Positions 40,868-54,344 of a DNA stretch of 64,000 bases are shown piece by piece. Within the stretch, counting starts at the first letter, position 1, and every line of letters begins with the position of its first letter. The DNA lies in assembly GCA_043228905.1 (NCBI GenBank), contig JBHGNT010000018.1, forward strand, positions 17,298,001 through 17,362,000. Reading direction: 5' to 3'. The notes beneath the pieces are model-generated. The model searched no databases and was not told where the DNA came from. It saw nothing but the letters and a program-made list of their open reading frames with translations. The stretch comes from Azolla caroliniana (Eukaryota; Plantae; Polypodiophyta). The position numbers and the translations under genes are program-made.

Positions 40868-42033
40868 GTTCAACTTCATCAGCCATGACTTTGACCTTCC
40901 TAAGGTGTCGACAATTCTTTTGGAAGTGACCAAGCTTCCCACAGTAGAAACATGTAGGTCTTCCTCTAGATTTTGACCTAGCATAAGACTTATCTCTACC
41001 TTCAGGATCTCTATGTTTGCTTCTTCCTCTACTAAGTTCTTGGGTCACATTAGCTTCCAATTGAGACAAGGCACTTTTATCCTTTCTTCTTGTCTCTTCA
41101 TTTAAAATACTTGTCTTTACTACTTGTAAAGATAGGCTGTCTTCTTTACATGAGGTACTGAGTGTCACTACTAGGTTTTCCCAACAATCTAGTAGAGTAC
41201 ATAGTAGTAGTATGGCCTGCATAGCATCATCTAATGGGAACTTCGCTGATGCTAACTGATTCACCAGTCCCATGAACGTACTGATGTGCTCTACAATGCT
41301 CTCCCCATCTACGTACTTTAGTCTCACTATTTTCCTCATTAGGGAAGTTTTATTTAGGCCATTTTTCCTTTCGTAAAGTGCAAAGAGTTAATGCCATAAC
41401 TCGAAGGCATTGATATCACTTGCTACATGTTGTAGGACGCTAATGTCTACACACTGTCTTATAGTTGCCACTGCCTTTCTATGTAGAGTTTTCCACTCAA
41501 ATTCTATTACCCTTCTAGGTATGTCTTCCTTTTCTATAGGCTCATATAGATCTTTGACTATCAGAAGATCTTCCATTTTGATCATCCGGTCCTTTCTATG
41601 TAGAGTTTTCCACTTAGATTCTATTACCCTTCTAGGTATGTCTTCCTTTTCTATAGGCTCATACAGATCTTTGACTATCAGAAGATCTTCCATTTTGATC
41701 ATCTAGGCCGAGTAGTTTTGTGAGTTTAGGATAATCAAAATCCCCAGAAAGCCAGTCACATTCCTGTCATGATAAGGCAAGATTTGAACCCATGACCTCC
41801 TTATGTTACATGGGTCGAGCTCTTGACCATTAGACAATATATTGTACTACGAAGGATATTATTTTCATTTAAGTTTTACTATAGAAAATAGATGTATATT
41901 CCATATTTATCTGGAACATTCTAGAAACTTCAGGAATACTCCTCAAAACACTATAAAAGGAGGCACAAGGCATTATTTCGAACCAAATCGGTTCTACGCC
42001 AGTCTTAAGCCTCCTAGCTACTATTGTATATTC

Positions 42034-45000
42034 TGTTGGGAAATCGGTCCCTCCGGATGGGATCCGGTTGTGAGTGAAGAGATCCGTAAACCGGGTCGGA
42101 TGAACCCAGTGAGAACCGGAAGAGAAGATAGATTTGTAAATATGTCTTGAGTAAGCCTATTGAGGCTACATTTGTAAATAGCCCTAAGTTCATATAGGTA
42201 TAAACATGACTTAGGGAAATCACTTTGTGTGAGGAGCGGTTGTTGTGATTGATATATTGCTGTACAGAGAGAGAGTGAGATATAGAGCAATACTCTGTTG
42301 TAACCGCCGGTTGGCGAAGATACAGAGCTCGAGGTCGTTGCCTCCGAGGCTCTAATTGTACCTTTCCCTTATAGTGATAGTTGGAGTCCACGGGCTGCCG
42401 TGGTTTTTCCCATTTAGGGTTTTCCACGTAAACATCTTGTGTATTTCCTTTGTGTACTCTCCACTTCCCATTTTTGTGTTTCATTCTAAGAGAAGTGTTC
42501 AAGATTCGGTTTTGGCCGAACAATATTCCACGTGATTCTCTTCAATCTGGTATCAGAGCGAAAAACACATTAAATGGAAGAATCGTTTGGTGGCATGTTC
42601 AAACTCCAACTACTCAGTGTGGAAGTCGAAGATGAGGGATATGCTGGTGGTTAAAGATCTTTGGTATCTGGTTCAGTTCGGGGACAAGAGACCAGATAAG
42701 ATCGACGCCACAATGTGGGAGGTGATGTACATGAAGACGACGACATACCTCCGGTGCTTCATCGACATGAGCCTGTACAACAACTTCAATGAAGAGAGCA
42801 AGGATCATGAACTTTGGGAGAAGATCGGCATCATGTTCCAGAACAAGAATGCTATCAATGGGTTTCGGTATTCTGGAAGCTAGTGAGGCTTCGGTACCAG
42901 GACAGCTCCAGTATGGCGGAGCACATGAATGCCTTCCAGGGACTGATCCACCAGGCAACCTCATTGGAAGTACCTCTTGCCGATGAGGTACTCGCATTAC
43001 TCCTGCTCGGTTCCCTCCCAGATAGTTGGGAGACGCTAGTTGTCACGTTGGGCAACACCGGACCGGAAGGAAAGTAGTTGTCCCTAGCAAGGGTAAAATC
43101 AAGCCTACTAGATGAAGAAGCTCACCGGAAGGACCGAGAGTCCGGAACCGATCCGAAGGCCTTGGTCATGGAAGATGACAATAACCGGGGAAGAGGCCGG
43201 TATCGAAGTCCCCAAAACCAGGACAAATTGGGGATGAGGTCGAAGTCAAGGGGAAGGCTCATGTGATTCTATTGCGGGAAGCCGGGACACTTCCAAAAGA
43301 ACTACCGACATTTCCAGAAGGAGAAAGAAACCGGCACCACCGATTCGAAGAAGAGTTCGGACCGAAACGGTTCAGACCGGAGAGGCCCGGATCGGAATTG
43401 AATGTCGGCGATCGCAACAAGTGAAGAAGAACTGATGCTCATTACCGAAGAGAATGAGTTAAACCTTGTCGGCGACGAGACAACGTGGGTTGTCGATTCC
43501 GGAACGTCGTTCCACCTGACACCGGATCGGAAATGCTTCTCATCCTACACAACCGGTGATCATGGTTGTGTCCAGATGGGGAATGAAGGTACAAGCCGAA
43601 TTATCGGCATAGGAGATGTGTTGTTGATAACATCAACCGGATGCAAATTGCTACTAAAGGATGCTCGACATGTTCCGGAGGTTCGACTGAACCTGATATC
43701 AGCTGATCAGCTAGATGATGAAGGCTACATAGGTAGCATCCGAAACAGAGTTATGAAGTTCAACAAGGGAAGCTTGATAGTGGCTCGAGCCTGGAATATC
43801 AACACAATGTACTTGATGAATGCCCGGATATGCCAGGAAGAAGTGAACGTAGCATCCGACACTGCCGGTGAGCTGTGGCACAAAAGATTGTCACATGAGT
43901 GAGAAGGGGATGAAGAGGCTTGCCGAAGACAACCTTATTCCGGTGAAGGACGTGCAACTTGAGAAGTGCACTGATTGCTTGGTCGACAAGCAAAACTGAA
44001 CCTCCTTCCAGTCAAGACCACTGATGAGACGGAATGCACCACTAGAGCTGGTGCATACCGATGTGTGTCAAGTGGACACGAAGTCACATGCCGAATCACA
44101 GTACTTCGTGACATTCATAGGTGACCATAGGTGGAAGTTGTAGGTCTCACCATTGAAGACGAAGGATCAGGTGCTATCCATCTTCAAGGAGCTCCACACG
44201 AGAGTGGAAAGAGAAACCGGCCAGAAGCTGAAGGCGGTTTGAGCAGATAATAGAGGAGAATACCGGTGGCAGTTCGAGGAGTACTACCGGTCGAAGGGAA
44301 TCCAGCTCAAATTTATCATGCGGAAGACGCCGGAATTGAACGGGTTGGCCGAAAGGATGAATCAGACCATAATGGAGAGAGTCCGGAGCATGCTCACACA
44401 TGCCAAGTTACCCAAGAAGTTTTGGGCTAAGGTGCTAAGGACGACGACCTATGTGATAAACAGATCACCCTCAACCCCCTTGGGAGGAGACTCACCTCAG
44501 AAAGTATGGACCGGTAAAGATGTATCTCACCGATATCTGAAGGTGTTCGGGTGTCTCGCATACGAGCATGTGGCGAAGGACAAGAGAGAAAAGCTAGATC
44601 TGAAGTCTCGGCCATGCATATTCCTTGGATACGACGATGATGAGTTCGGTTATTGGTTGTGGGATATGGTCGTCAAGAAGGTGTTCCGGAGTCGGGACAT
44701 AGTCTTCATGGAAGACAGGACCATTGCCGACTAGGAGTCGGTGAAGAAGATGATGAACTCCAGATCATCCAATGAAGACCGGCTTGAGGACACAAGGATA
44801 TACCCAGTTGAAAACCGGATGTTAGCTGACAACCGGATGACATTCGACGAACCGGCCGGATACGGACAGGAATCCGAACCAACCGAAGAAGAAGACGAAG
44901 GAGAAGAAGAAGACACCGGAACCGGACAAGATCCCGAATCAAATTCGAATTCGGAACAAATGGAGGAACCGGCAGTTAGAAACCAAGGATGGAGATATCC

Positions 45001-46779
45001 TCTCTGAGAGAGAAGAGCCCCTCGAACATTTTCGGTTGCAGAGCATGTGTTGCTAACCGATGAGGGGGAGCTGGAAAGCTTCGAAGAAGCAAAGAGAGAC
45101 ACCCACAACCGCAAGTGGTTTAGTGCCATGCAGGATGAGATGGATGCCCTGCATGAGAACCACACATATGAATTGGTGGAGTTGCCAAAAGGAAAGAGGG
45201 CACTCCGGAACAAGCGGGTTTACAAGCTAAAACCGGGAGACGCCGGGAATCCACCCAAGTATAAGGCCCAAATCGTGGTGAAGGGCTTTTAGCAAAAAAA
45301 AGGAGTGGACTTCGATGAGATCTTTCCCCCGGTAGTAAAGATGACATCCATTCGGACGGTATTGGGCATAGCGGCAAGCATGGACCTTGAGGTAGAGCAA
45401 TTGGACATTAAGACGACATTCCTACATGGCGACCTCGTAGAAGAGATCTACATGCATCAATCGGAAGGATTTGAGAGGAAAGGGAAGGAGCACCGGTTGA
45501 AGAAGAGCCTATACGGACTGAAGCAAGCCCCCCAATAATGGTACCGGAAGTTCGACTCCTTCATGACCAACCAAGGGTACCACAAAACGCAAGATGATCA
45601 CTGTGTGTTTGTGAAGAAATCTGACGGCGGAGATTTCCTGATACTCCTCCTATATGTGGATGATATGTTGATTGTCGGAAGAGACCAACTCAAGATACGG
45701 ATGCTGAAGAAGGCCCTAAACTGGACCTTCTCAATGACAGACTTGGGAACGACAAGACTGATATTGGGAATGCACATAATCCGGGACCGGTCGAAGAAGC
45801 TGTTGTGGTTGTCACAGGAGAAGTACGTGACGAAGGTGCTTCAACGGTTCAACATGTCGGAGGCGAAGCCGGTCGGATCGACACTTCCGGCAAATTGCAA
45901 GCTGTCCGGAAAACAAAGCCCGAGGAAAAAGGCGGAGAAGATGGATATGATGAAGATTCCATATGCCTTTGCAGTCAGAAGCTTGACGTAGGCGATGGTA
46001 TGTACCCGACCGGATATCGGATATGCAGTCGGAGTGGTGAGCCAGTTCATGAGCAATCCCGACAAAGAGCACTGGAACACGATCAAGTGGATCCTCCAGT
46101 ACTTGAAAGGCACCTCGAGTATGTGCCTCTGGTTCGGCTCCAGAAATCCCCAACTTGACGGTTTCACAGATTCGGATAACAAAACATCCCATGCCGGAGT
46201 GAAGGGGGAGATTGTTGGGAAATCGGTCCCTCCGGATGGGATCCGGTTGTGAGTGAAGAGATCCGGAAACCGGATCAGATGGACCCGGTGAGAACCGGAA
46301 GAGAAGATAGATTTGTAAATATGTCTTGAGTAAGCCTATTGAGGCTACATTTGTAAATAGCCCTAAGTTCATATAGGTATAAATATGACTTAGGGCAATC
46401 ACTTTGTGTGAGGAGTGGTTGTTGTGGTTGATATATTGTTGTACAGAGAGAGAGTGAGATATAGAGCGATACTCTATTGTAACCGCCGGTTGGCGAAGAT
46501 ACAAAGCTCGAGATCGTTGCCTCTGAGGGTCTGATTATACCTTTCCCTTATAGTGATAGTTGGAGTCCGTGGGCTCCCGTGGTTTTTCCCATTTAGCATT
46601 TTCCATGTAAACATCCTGTGTATTTCCTTTGTGTATTGTTTTTCCCATTTAGGGTTTTCCACATAAACATCCTATGTATTTCCTTTGTGTACTCTCCACT
46701 TCCCATTTTTGTGTTTCATTCTAAGAGAAGTGTTCAAGACTCGGTTTTGGCCGAGCAATATTCCGCTTGATTCTCTTCA
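42034..46779 (+). mobile_element. Ty1/Copia element (Tnt1/Tork-like) inserted in the Gypsy 5' LTR. LTRs 42034-42544 and 46213-46779, TSD TATTC, RNase H deleted
   Basis: TATTC at 42029-42033 and 46780-46784. PBS TGGTATCAGAGC 42548-42559. WVVDSG protease, LWHKRLSH, ELNGLAERMNQT integrase, YVDDML RT. PPT GAAGGGGGAGAT 46201-46212. Confidence 0.96.
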
Positions 46780-46930
46780 TATTCTCTTAACATAATATAT
46801 ATCTTTTGTTATCATCATTCTCTCTCTCTCTCTCTCTTTCCTTCTCTCGAGAGTTCTACACCTGCCTTAGTACTAATCCTCATCTTTTAGTACTAATTCC
46901 TTCTCTGTCTTAGTATTGTTCCTGACAGTA

Positions 46931-46941
46931 TGAACCGATTT
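46931..46941 (+). other. Self-priming primer-binding site of the Gypsy element
   Basis: TGAACCGATTT starts 4 nt after the LTR end. It is complementary to AAATCGGTTC (41985-41994) and AAATCAGTTCA (51730-51740), ~33 nt downstream of the LTR TATA box. Confidence 0.75.
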
Positions 46942-49900
46942 TAGTCTCCTTCCTTCTCTTCCTTTTATCTTCTTACCTCCTCCTCCCTTCATACTAATCA
47001 TTTATTCATCTTTTCTCTCATACTATGGCCACTGTTAGCGCTCAAGAATATCAATCCGTTTTCTCGGAGTTGCAATGCTTGAAAGAGAAGTTTCTCGCAT
47101 TGGAACAAGAAAATCAATGATTGTTGGGGGAGCTTCAACAAATCTCCTTAGAGAAGCAGCAGACGCAACAACAACATGGGGAACTAGCGTTACGTGTGCA
47201 ACAACTCGAAGCGACCATTGTAGCATTGCAGCAACAAGGACCAAGTACACAAGGGATTCATAAAGAACCCAAGATCGGCCTTCCAATGAAATTTGATGGA
47301 ACGCGATCACAGTTTAGAGGATTCCTTAATTAAGTACGATTAGTCATTCAAATGCATCCTTCCCATTATCCCACCAATGCATCACGAGTGGGTCTAGTAG
47401 GCATGTTGTTAAGTGGCTCAGCTTTGGCATGGTTCCCCTAGGATGACCAAGCATTAATGGAGCAATTTTGTTAGGGCCTACGTAACGATGTCAAGGATTT
47501 ACTCTTGACCTTCCCCAAAGAACCAAAGTCATTGACCGAAGCAATCAGTCACGCAGTACGATGCGATAACCGCCTCTTTGAACGACGTTCGGAACGTCAG
47601 TTTCAAATGTCGAGGGCAAGATCGGAGCCCACCTACGCTTTAATTGTAGCAAAGCCTTTCCCAAGGGAGTCATTTAATACGTCTCCAACAAATACTCCGA
47701 CTCCAATGGAAATCGACACCACACGTCATCGCGGACCCCTATCGGAAGAATAAAAGCAGTGACATCGGGCAAATCGATTATGTCTTTATTGCGGTGGACC
47801 AAAGCATATTGTAGTGAACTGTCCCCATTGGCCAAGAAGGCAGGTAAATCAAATAACCGCTAGTATTAATAGTACTAAACTTGAGTCTATTTCTCTAGGT
47901 GTGTCCGATAATCCTAATAGCCCAAGCCTTTCAAACAAATTTGAAATCCTTAGTCAACTAGAAGAAGAGTTAAACTATTAAGTCCAGCCAAAATAGGAGC
48001 CTTTTGGTTGGACAACCTTAGATCTGTGCAGCGCATTAGTGGTTCCATTTCCTCTAAGCAAGTTAGCAATGTGTTCTTAGCTAAAGTAATGGTTAGTACT
48101 AAAAGTACTCCTCCAGTACATGTCTTAGCACTCTTAGATTCCGGAGCCAACTCTTGCTTCATGGATAGGAATTTTGCCCAAGCTCATCAGATATCCCTAA
48201 GAAAACTTTCTTGCCCAACATCTGTAGTAGTTATTGATGGTCATCCCATTGCTTCCGGAAAAATTGTAGAGGAGTCAGAGCGATTCAAGTTTTCCTAGAT
48301 AACTTGGTGTGTGTAGTATCATTTAATATAATTAGTAGTCCAGATCAACCAATTATCTTGGGGTTACCATGGTTCGAATTACATAACCCAAACATAGATT
48401 GGAGAACAAGAGAAATCCGGTATCGACAAATCCGAGGATCTACTCATAAGATTGCAACCATTTTGCTACATCAATTGCGTGAGGAAGGACGCAAAGGAAG
48501 CAATGCTTGTTTTCGCGGTATTAGTAAAACCTTCCAACACTACTAAAAAGGAATCCATAGTTCAACTTCAAGAGAAGTACCGTCAGAATGCCGATGTGTT
48601 CAATAAGGTACAAGCCAATACGCTTCCTCACCACCGACTGCATGATTGCCCCATCAATTTACAACCGGGAAAACAACCACCATGGGGACCGATCTACAAT
48701 TTGTCACCAACCAAGCTAGAAGTCCTTCGAGCCTATATAGAGGAGAATTTGGCAAACGGTTTCATTCGACATTCGAAATCTCCAATCGGCGCACCCATTT
48801 TCTTCGTCAAGAAAAAGGATGGATCACTTCGTCTCGTCGTAGACTATCACGGCTTGAAGAAGGTCACCATTAGGAGTAGGTATGCACTTCCCCTTATCTC
48901 AAGTCTTTTAGAATGGATCAATGGTGCAAGGTTCTTCACAAAGATCAACTTACGGGGAGCATATAACCTCGTATGGATTCGACCAGGAGATGAATGGAAG
49001 ACCCCGTTCCGCACCAGATATGGGCACTTCGAGTATACGGTAATGCCATTTGGTCTCACTAATGCACCAACAGTCTTCCAACACATGGCAAATGATATAT
49101 TCCGAGATCTCTTAGATGTTTGTTTGATCATCTATTTGGATGATGTACTGGTTTATTCGAAGACCCAAGAAGAGCATGATTCTCATGTATTGTTAGTACT
49201 AAAACGGCTTCGAGAACATGGTCTTTATTCAAAACTAGAAAAATGTAGCTTCGAGTGCAACCAGGTGGAATTTATGGGCTATGTCATCTCCTCCGAAGGC
49301 ATCTCCATGGATCCAATTAAGGTCAAAACGGTGGTAGAATGGAAGACTCCACATTCATTGCGAGATGTGCAATGCTTTTTAGGCTTTGCCAATTTTTACC
49401 ACAAGTTTATACAAGATTACTCAAAGCTTGTTCTACCTCTCACAAAGCTTACCAGGAAGGGACAATCGTTCATTTGGTATGAAGATGCGGACATGGATTT
49501 TGAGAGTCTTAAGAAGGCATTTACATCAGCTCCTATTCTAGCTCATGTTGATCCAGAAAAATCATTCATCATTGAGGCAGACGTGTCAGATTTCACCTTG
49601 GGTAGCATTCTGTCACAACACGGCGATGATGAAAAGCTACATCCTCACGCAAGTTTGACGCCGCGGAAATCAACTCTAAAATTCATGATAAGGAGCTATG
49701 AGCAATCGTGGACTCTTTTACGCAATGGAGGCATTTTCTAGAGGGATCTTCTCATCAAGTCACCATATTCCGTGATCACAAAAACCTTGCATACTTTCAA
49801 AATACTCATGTGTTAAATCGACGTCAAGCTCGTTGGGCCCAATTCCTCACTTGTTTTGACTTCAAAATTACATATCATCCGGGAAAGCAACAAGGGAAGG

Positions 49901-52900
49901 CAGATGCATTATCACGGCACTCGTATCTAGCACTGCGTCCCGGCAAGCTAGCTTTCGATAACCAAAAGCAAGTAATCCTGGGACCAACACAACTTCGATT
50001 CATGACAAGCAATGCACGTCTTCGGTATGCTATTAGATTCCCATGTTATCGATACCATACAGGAGGACTTGAAGACAAATGCTTTCACCCAAGCCCTTCT
50101 CGCACAAATTGATCCCTCTTGAGCATCTTGTTCACAGTCGCAACAACCAGGTACGGACTATCGACAATTCGAATGTCATGATGGATTACTATTCTTTAAG
50201 AAACTCTTGTATGTTCCTAATGGTTCTTGTCGCCTTCGAGTGGTCCAAAACTGTCATGACAAATATACAGTTGGGCATTTTGGTAGTACTAGAACATTAG
50301 ATTTAGTACAACGATCATTCTGGTGGCCCCATATGCAACGATTTGTCGAAGATTTTGTTCGGACTTGTGATACATGTTGGAGAGCAAAAATGCCAAGGCA
50401 TCATCCATATGGTTTATTAGAACCATTACCAATTCCAAGCAAGCCGTGGCAATCCATTGCTCTAGATTTCATCACAGATCTTCCAGTTTCTAAGGGATTC
50501 GATGCAATCTTGACATTGGTAGATCGATATACGAAGATGGCCCATTTCTTGCCATGTACTAAGGAAATCTCCAGTGAAGAAACCGCCGAAACTGTCATGC
50601 ATGAGGTATGCCGGCATCATGGCCTCCCCGATAGTATCATCAGCGACCGTGGACCCCAGTTCATATCGAAATTCTAGAAGCACCTCTTCAAAATGCTCAA
50701 GGTCACTTGTAACCTCTCCTCTAGCCACCACCCGCAAACAGACGGCCAAGCAGAACGAACAAATCAAACACTGGAGGAGTATCTTCGGTGCTTTCTAATC
50801 TATCATCAAGATGACTAGGCGGATATTGTCCACTTCGCCGAATTCACGTATAATAACTCTGTCCACTCATCGACAAAGGTTACACCATTTTATGCTTACA
50901 CAGGTTGTCACCCCTAGTGGTGTGTAGAGGATCGTTTGGAGCGGATACGCAAGATACAAGCGAATTTATCTACTCATCTACAACAAGCTCAACAAACACA
51001 CAAGGCTTACGCGGATCATCATCTGCTTCCATCCAATTTTAACATTGGAGATCGGGTATGGCTACTACGATGACACATCAAGACTACTCGCCCATGCGAG
51101 AAGTTGGCTTATCGGCGATTAGGTCCTTTCCGTATTATTGACAACATTAATGATGTCGCTTTTCATCTCGATCTACCTCCACAACTACGGATATATCTGG
51201 TGTTTCATAGTTCTCTCCTAGAACCCTATCAGGACAGCACCATCCCAGGTCGTATTAAACCACCTCCACCCCCGATTGAACTTGAAGATGGACCTGAGTA
51301 CGAGGTTGCTGCCACCCTTGATTCCAAGATTTGTTCGCAACAAACTCTACTATTTAGTCGATTGGCTAGGATATAGTCCCAACGAGCGTACTTGGGACCA
51401 ATAGAGAATGTGACCAATGCTCGTGTTGTTCTTGAAGACTTCCATCATCAATATCCAAACAATCGGGTCCTCAATCCAAAACGATTCGTAACACTCGTTG
51501 TTCAAAAAAAGGATAGTGACATGATATGTCAAGATTCGAACCCATGACCTTATGTTACATGGGTTGAGTTCTTGACCATTAGACTATATATTGTAATACG
51601 AAGAATATTTCATTTAAGTTTTACTATAGAAAATAGATGTATATTCCATATTTCTCTAGAACATTCTAGAAACTTCAGGAGTACTCCTCAGAACACTATA
51701 AAAGGAGGCACAAGGCATTATTTCAAACCAAATCAGTTCAACGAGAGTCTTAAGCCTCCTAGCTACTATTGTATATTCTCTTAACATAATATATATCTTT
51801 TGTTATCATCATTCTCTCTTGATCTCTCTCTTGATCTCTCTCACTCACTCACTCTTTCCTTCTCTCGAGAGTTCTACACCTCCCTTAGTACTAATCCTTA
51901 TCTTTTAGTACTAATTCCTTCTCTGTCTTAGTACTGTTACTGACAATACTTCTCTGTCTTAGTACTGTTCCTGACAATTCCCTTCCATTTAGAACCTAGG
52001 CTCTGATACCAGTTTAATAGATTTTACTCAGACGTAAACCACAGATCTACTGAGACACAAACAAAATGAGAAACAAGGAGCAGATAGATTTCAGGGAAAA
52101 TACCATGGCGAATAGAAATTTCCACTATGAGACAAGAAAAAATACAAGCATAGAACGATAGAACCTGATTTGGTATGGATGTATTCTCAGGTTATTATCT
52201 GAAACCACAGTTTCAGCTGAGTGCACCAAACCCTAACTCGTAGGTATCTATCACTTTTGAAGCTTCCAAAGCTTCTCTATTTTGTCTCTCTTTCTTCTCT
52301 GTTACACTTTCGTTTCTTTGCTTCCTCTCACACTCAGTTGCAGAGTTATGTCACTCACTCTCTCTCACTCACAGGCACCGCTATGTTAGCTCACTATTGC
52401 TCTCTGTGTCTCTCTTCCCTTGCAACACATTTTCTCTCTTGCGCGCGCTCACACTCTCAATAATCATACCCTTTCTCACTAGAGTTCACTATATATATCC
52501 CTTCACAAACTTTTCTCACTATTTTTACTCTTAGTGATTTATCCCACATACATAGGCATCTAAGTCCACTATGCTTATATACATACTAACCCAACTTCCT
52601 TATGTATATTAATATTCATCTGAGAACTCTTCTTCGGCTTTTCGGCCGTGCCGTGTCTTGGTTCAGTTGTTCGGCACGATTTCGGCCAGCCGTGTCACGA
52701 TTTGGCTCTTCGACCGACACCCCCATGAGGGACAACCTTACACAACAATACACATACATGTATTTGTATGTACATATGTATATGTATATGTATATACGTA
52801 TGTATTTTGTGTGTGCCCAATGAATGGGCAACATTCTTACGTCCCTATGTTAAGATTACACAAGAAACACAAAATGGAAACAAGACCGAACAAAAATGTT

Positions 52901-53589
52901 GTTCTATTAAGTTTACAACAATGTCTTCATCTCTATTTTGTATAAGAAGAAGTAGATCTTTGTGTTTCACAAAGCCATAAATGAACAACGAATTCAATAA
53001 ATGAAACTAAGAGATTGTATGACGTCAAACATTTGATGGGTTAAGGATGTCCCACACTAATCAATGGATTATTAAAAGTATGTTACTTTGTAGTCACATC
53101 TTGTCTTCAATTTCAACTCAATCATATCTTTAAAGTAGCTATGTTCATAAAAGCTATAAAAGCCCAAATGACAAATGCATAAGGCTATATTAAGGATGGT
53201 TTATCAATGAACATCAAGTTTCGAATATCAAACTTTGTTTATGAAAAGGCAGCATCCAAATCAATAGAACAAAAATAACAACCTCAAGGTAATTAAACGA
53301 TAACCTCAATAAACTAGTTCCTAGTATCTTTCCATTTATTTGCATTGCTAAACATCGCCACCAACAACAAACCATACTTACACAAGTAACCAAGGTCACA
53401 TTAAGGATGGTTTCTAGTATCTTTCCATTTATTTGATTAAGGTCACATTAAGGATGGTTTATCAATGAACATCCTGGCTACCAATAAGGCATCCAAATCA
53501 ATAGAACGAAAATAACGACCTCAATAAATTAGTTCCTAGTATCTTTCCATTTATGTATTTGCACTGCTAAAAATCAGCACCAACAACAA

Positions 53590-54343
53590 ACCATATGCAC
53601 TAACCATGCAAGATTACATTATGGTCAATCTTAAATGCTTCTCACATTATGTTAATTTTTTTTAAATGCTTCCACTCAATTCGAGTCTCTGACATTTTTA
53701 ATCCATTGTATTAAAATAGTTGTTCAAACTCACACTCAAACAACCTTAATTGATAGTTCAAAAGATTATGAGGTTGTATTTTATCCACACAAATATTATT
53801 GGTACAAGCAAATGTTTTTGTATTTTTTTCGGAGTTAGGGATTGGAACATAGGCTGCATTGTGTAGAATAAAAAATGTGAACCATTCTCCTTGTTACAAA
53901 TTTATTCTATATATCATTTGATCATAATGAACACGCACTCACAAATGTTTCTTGGGGCTATATCATTCAAGAACATGTTGCATCAACTCAATGCCAAATG
54001 TCCTACTCCATAACTAGGAGTCATGCGGTACTTGGGGAATAAGTAGCTCCCAAGCATGAATAATCCTGTATTATAGTGATCCCTTCCTCCTGTATTCATC
54101 ACTCTCGCAACTTAGCTATATGGACTACACACAAGAGCCACAATCAAGGAATCTTTCGTGGCAACCTAACACTAGTCAACCACTCATTCTAGATACTACA
54201 TCATGATGACAATCCACATCATATACATATTTCAAGGAATCAGTTCTCCTTTCCAAGACTGCTTTGCGTGACGACCTTTGGCATAGCCGCATATTCCTTT
54301 CATATATTTGGGCCTCACCAAGCAAAGACCATCTTATGGAAAA
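53590..54343. repeat. ~750-bp duplicated non-coding segment; second copy ~59041-59776, partial third copy ~60040-60250
   Basis: Long shared stretches, e.g. CAAGAACATGTTGCATCAACTCAATGCCAAATGTCCTACTCCATAACTAGGAGTCATGC. Confidence 0.8.
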
Positions 54344-54344
54344 G

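Larger units (their letters stand above)
41765..51976 (+). mobile_element. Full-length decayed Ty3/Gypsy chromovirus (Tcn1-like). 5' LTR 41765-46927 (interrupted by Copia), 3' LTR 51517-51976, TSD ATTCC
   Basis: ATTCC at 41760-41764 and 51977-51981. gag PTPMEID and CLYCGGPKHIVVNC, protease LLDSGA, RT YLDD, RNase H, integrase (SDRGPQF), chromodomain EYEV. PPT AAAAAAAGGATAG. Confidence 0.95.
40868..52833 (-). mobile_element. Outer Ty1/Copia element (5' LTR ~52014-52833, Met-tRNA PBS 52000-52011, gag), split by the Gypsy at 41765-51976 and cut off after the zinc knuckle
   Basis: GCTCTGATACCA (reverse complement of TGGTATCAGAGC). gag ATG-GAA-GGG-AAT at ~51991 joins across the TSD to ...NSQNYSA*MIKMEDLL...; CFYCGKLGHFQKNC knuckle. 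Outer LTR edge uncertain. Confidence 0.85.

Noticed and set aside
45812-46504. 230-aa antisense ORF in the Copia (also 42014-42523)
   Set aside because: Spans the LTR/RT deletion junction and the frame differs between the two LTRs; no motif
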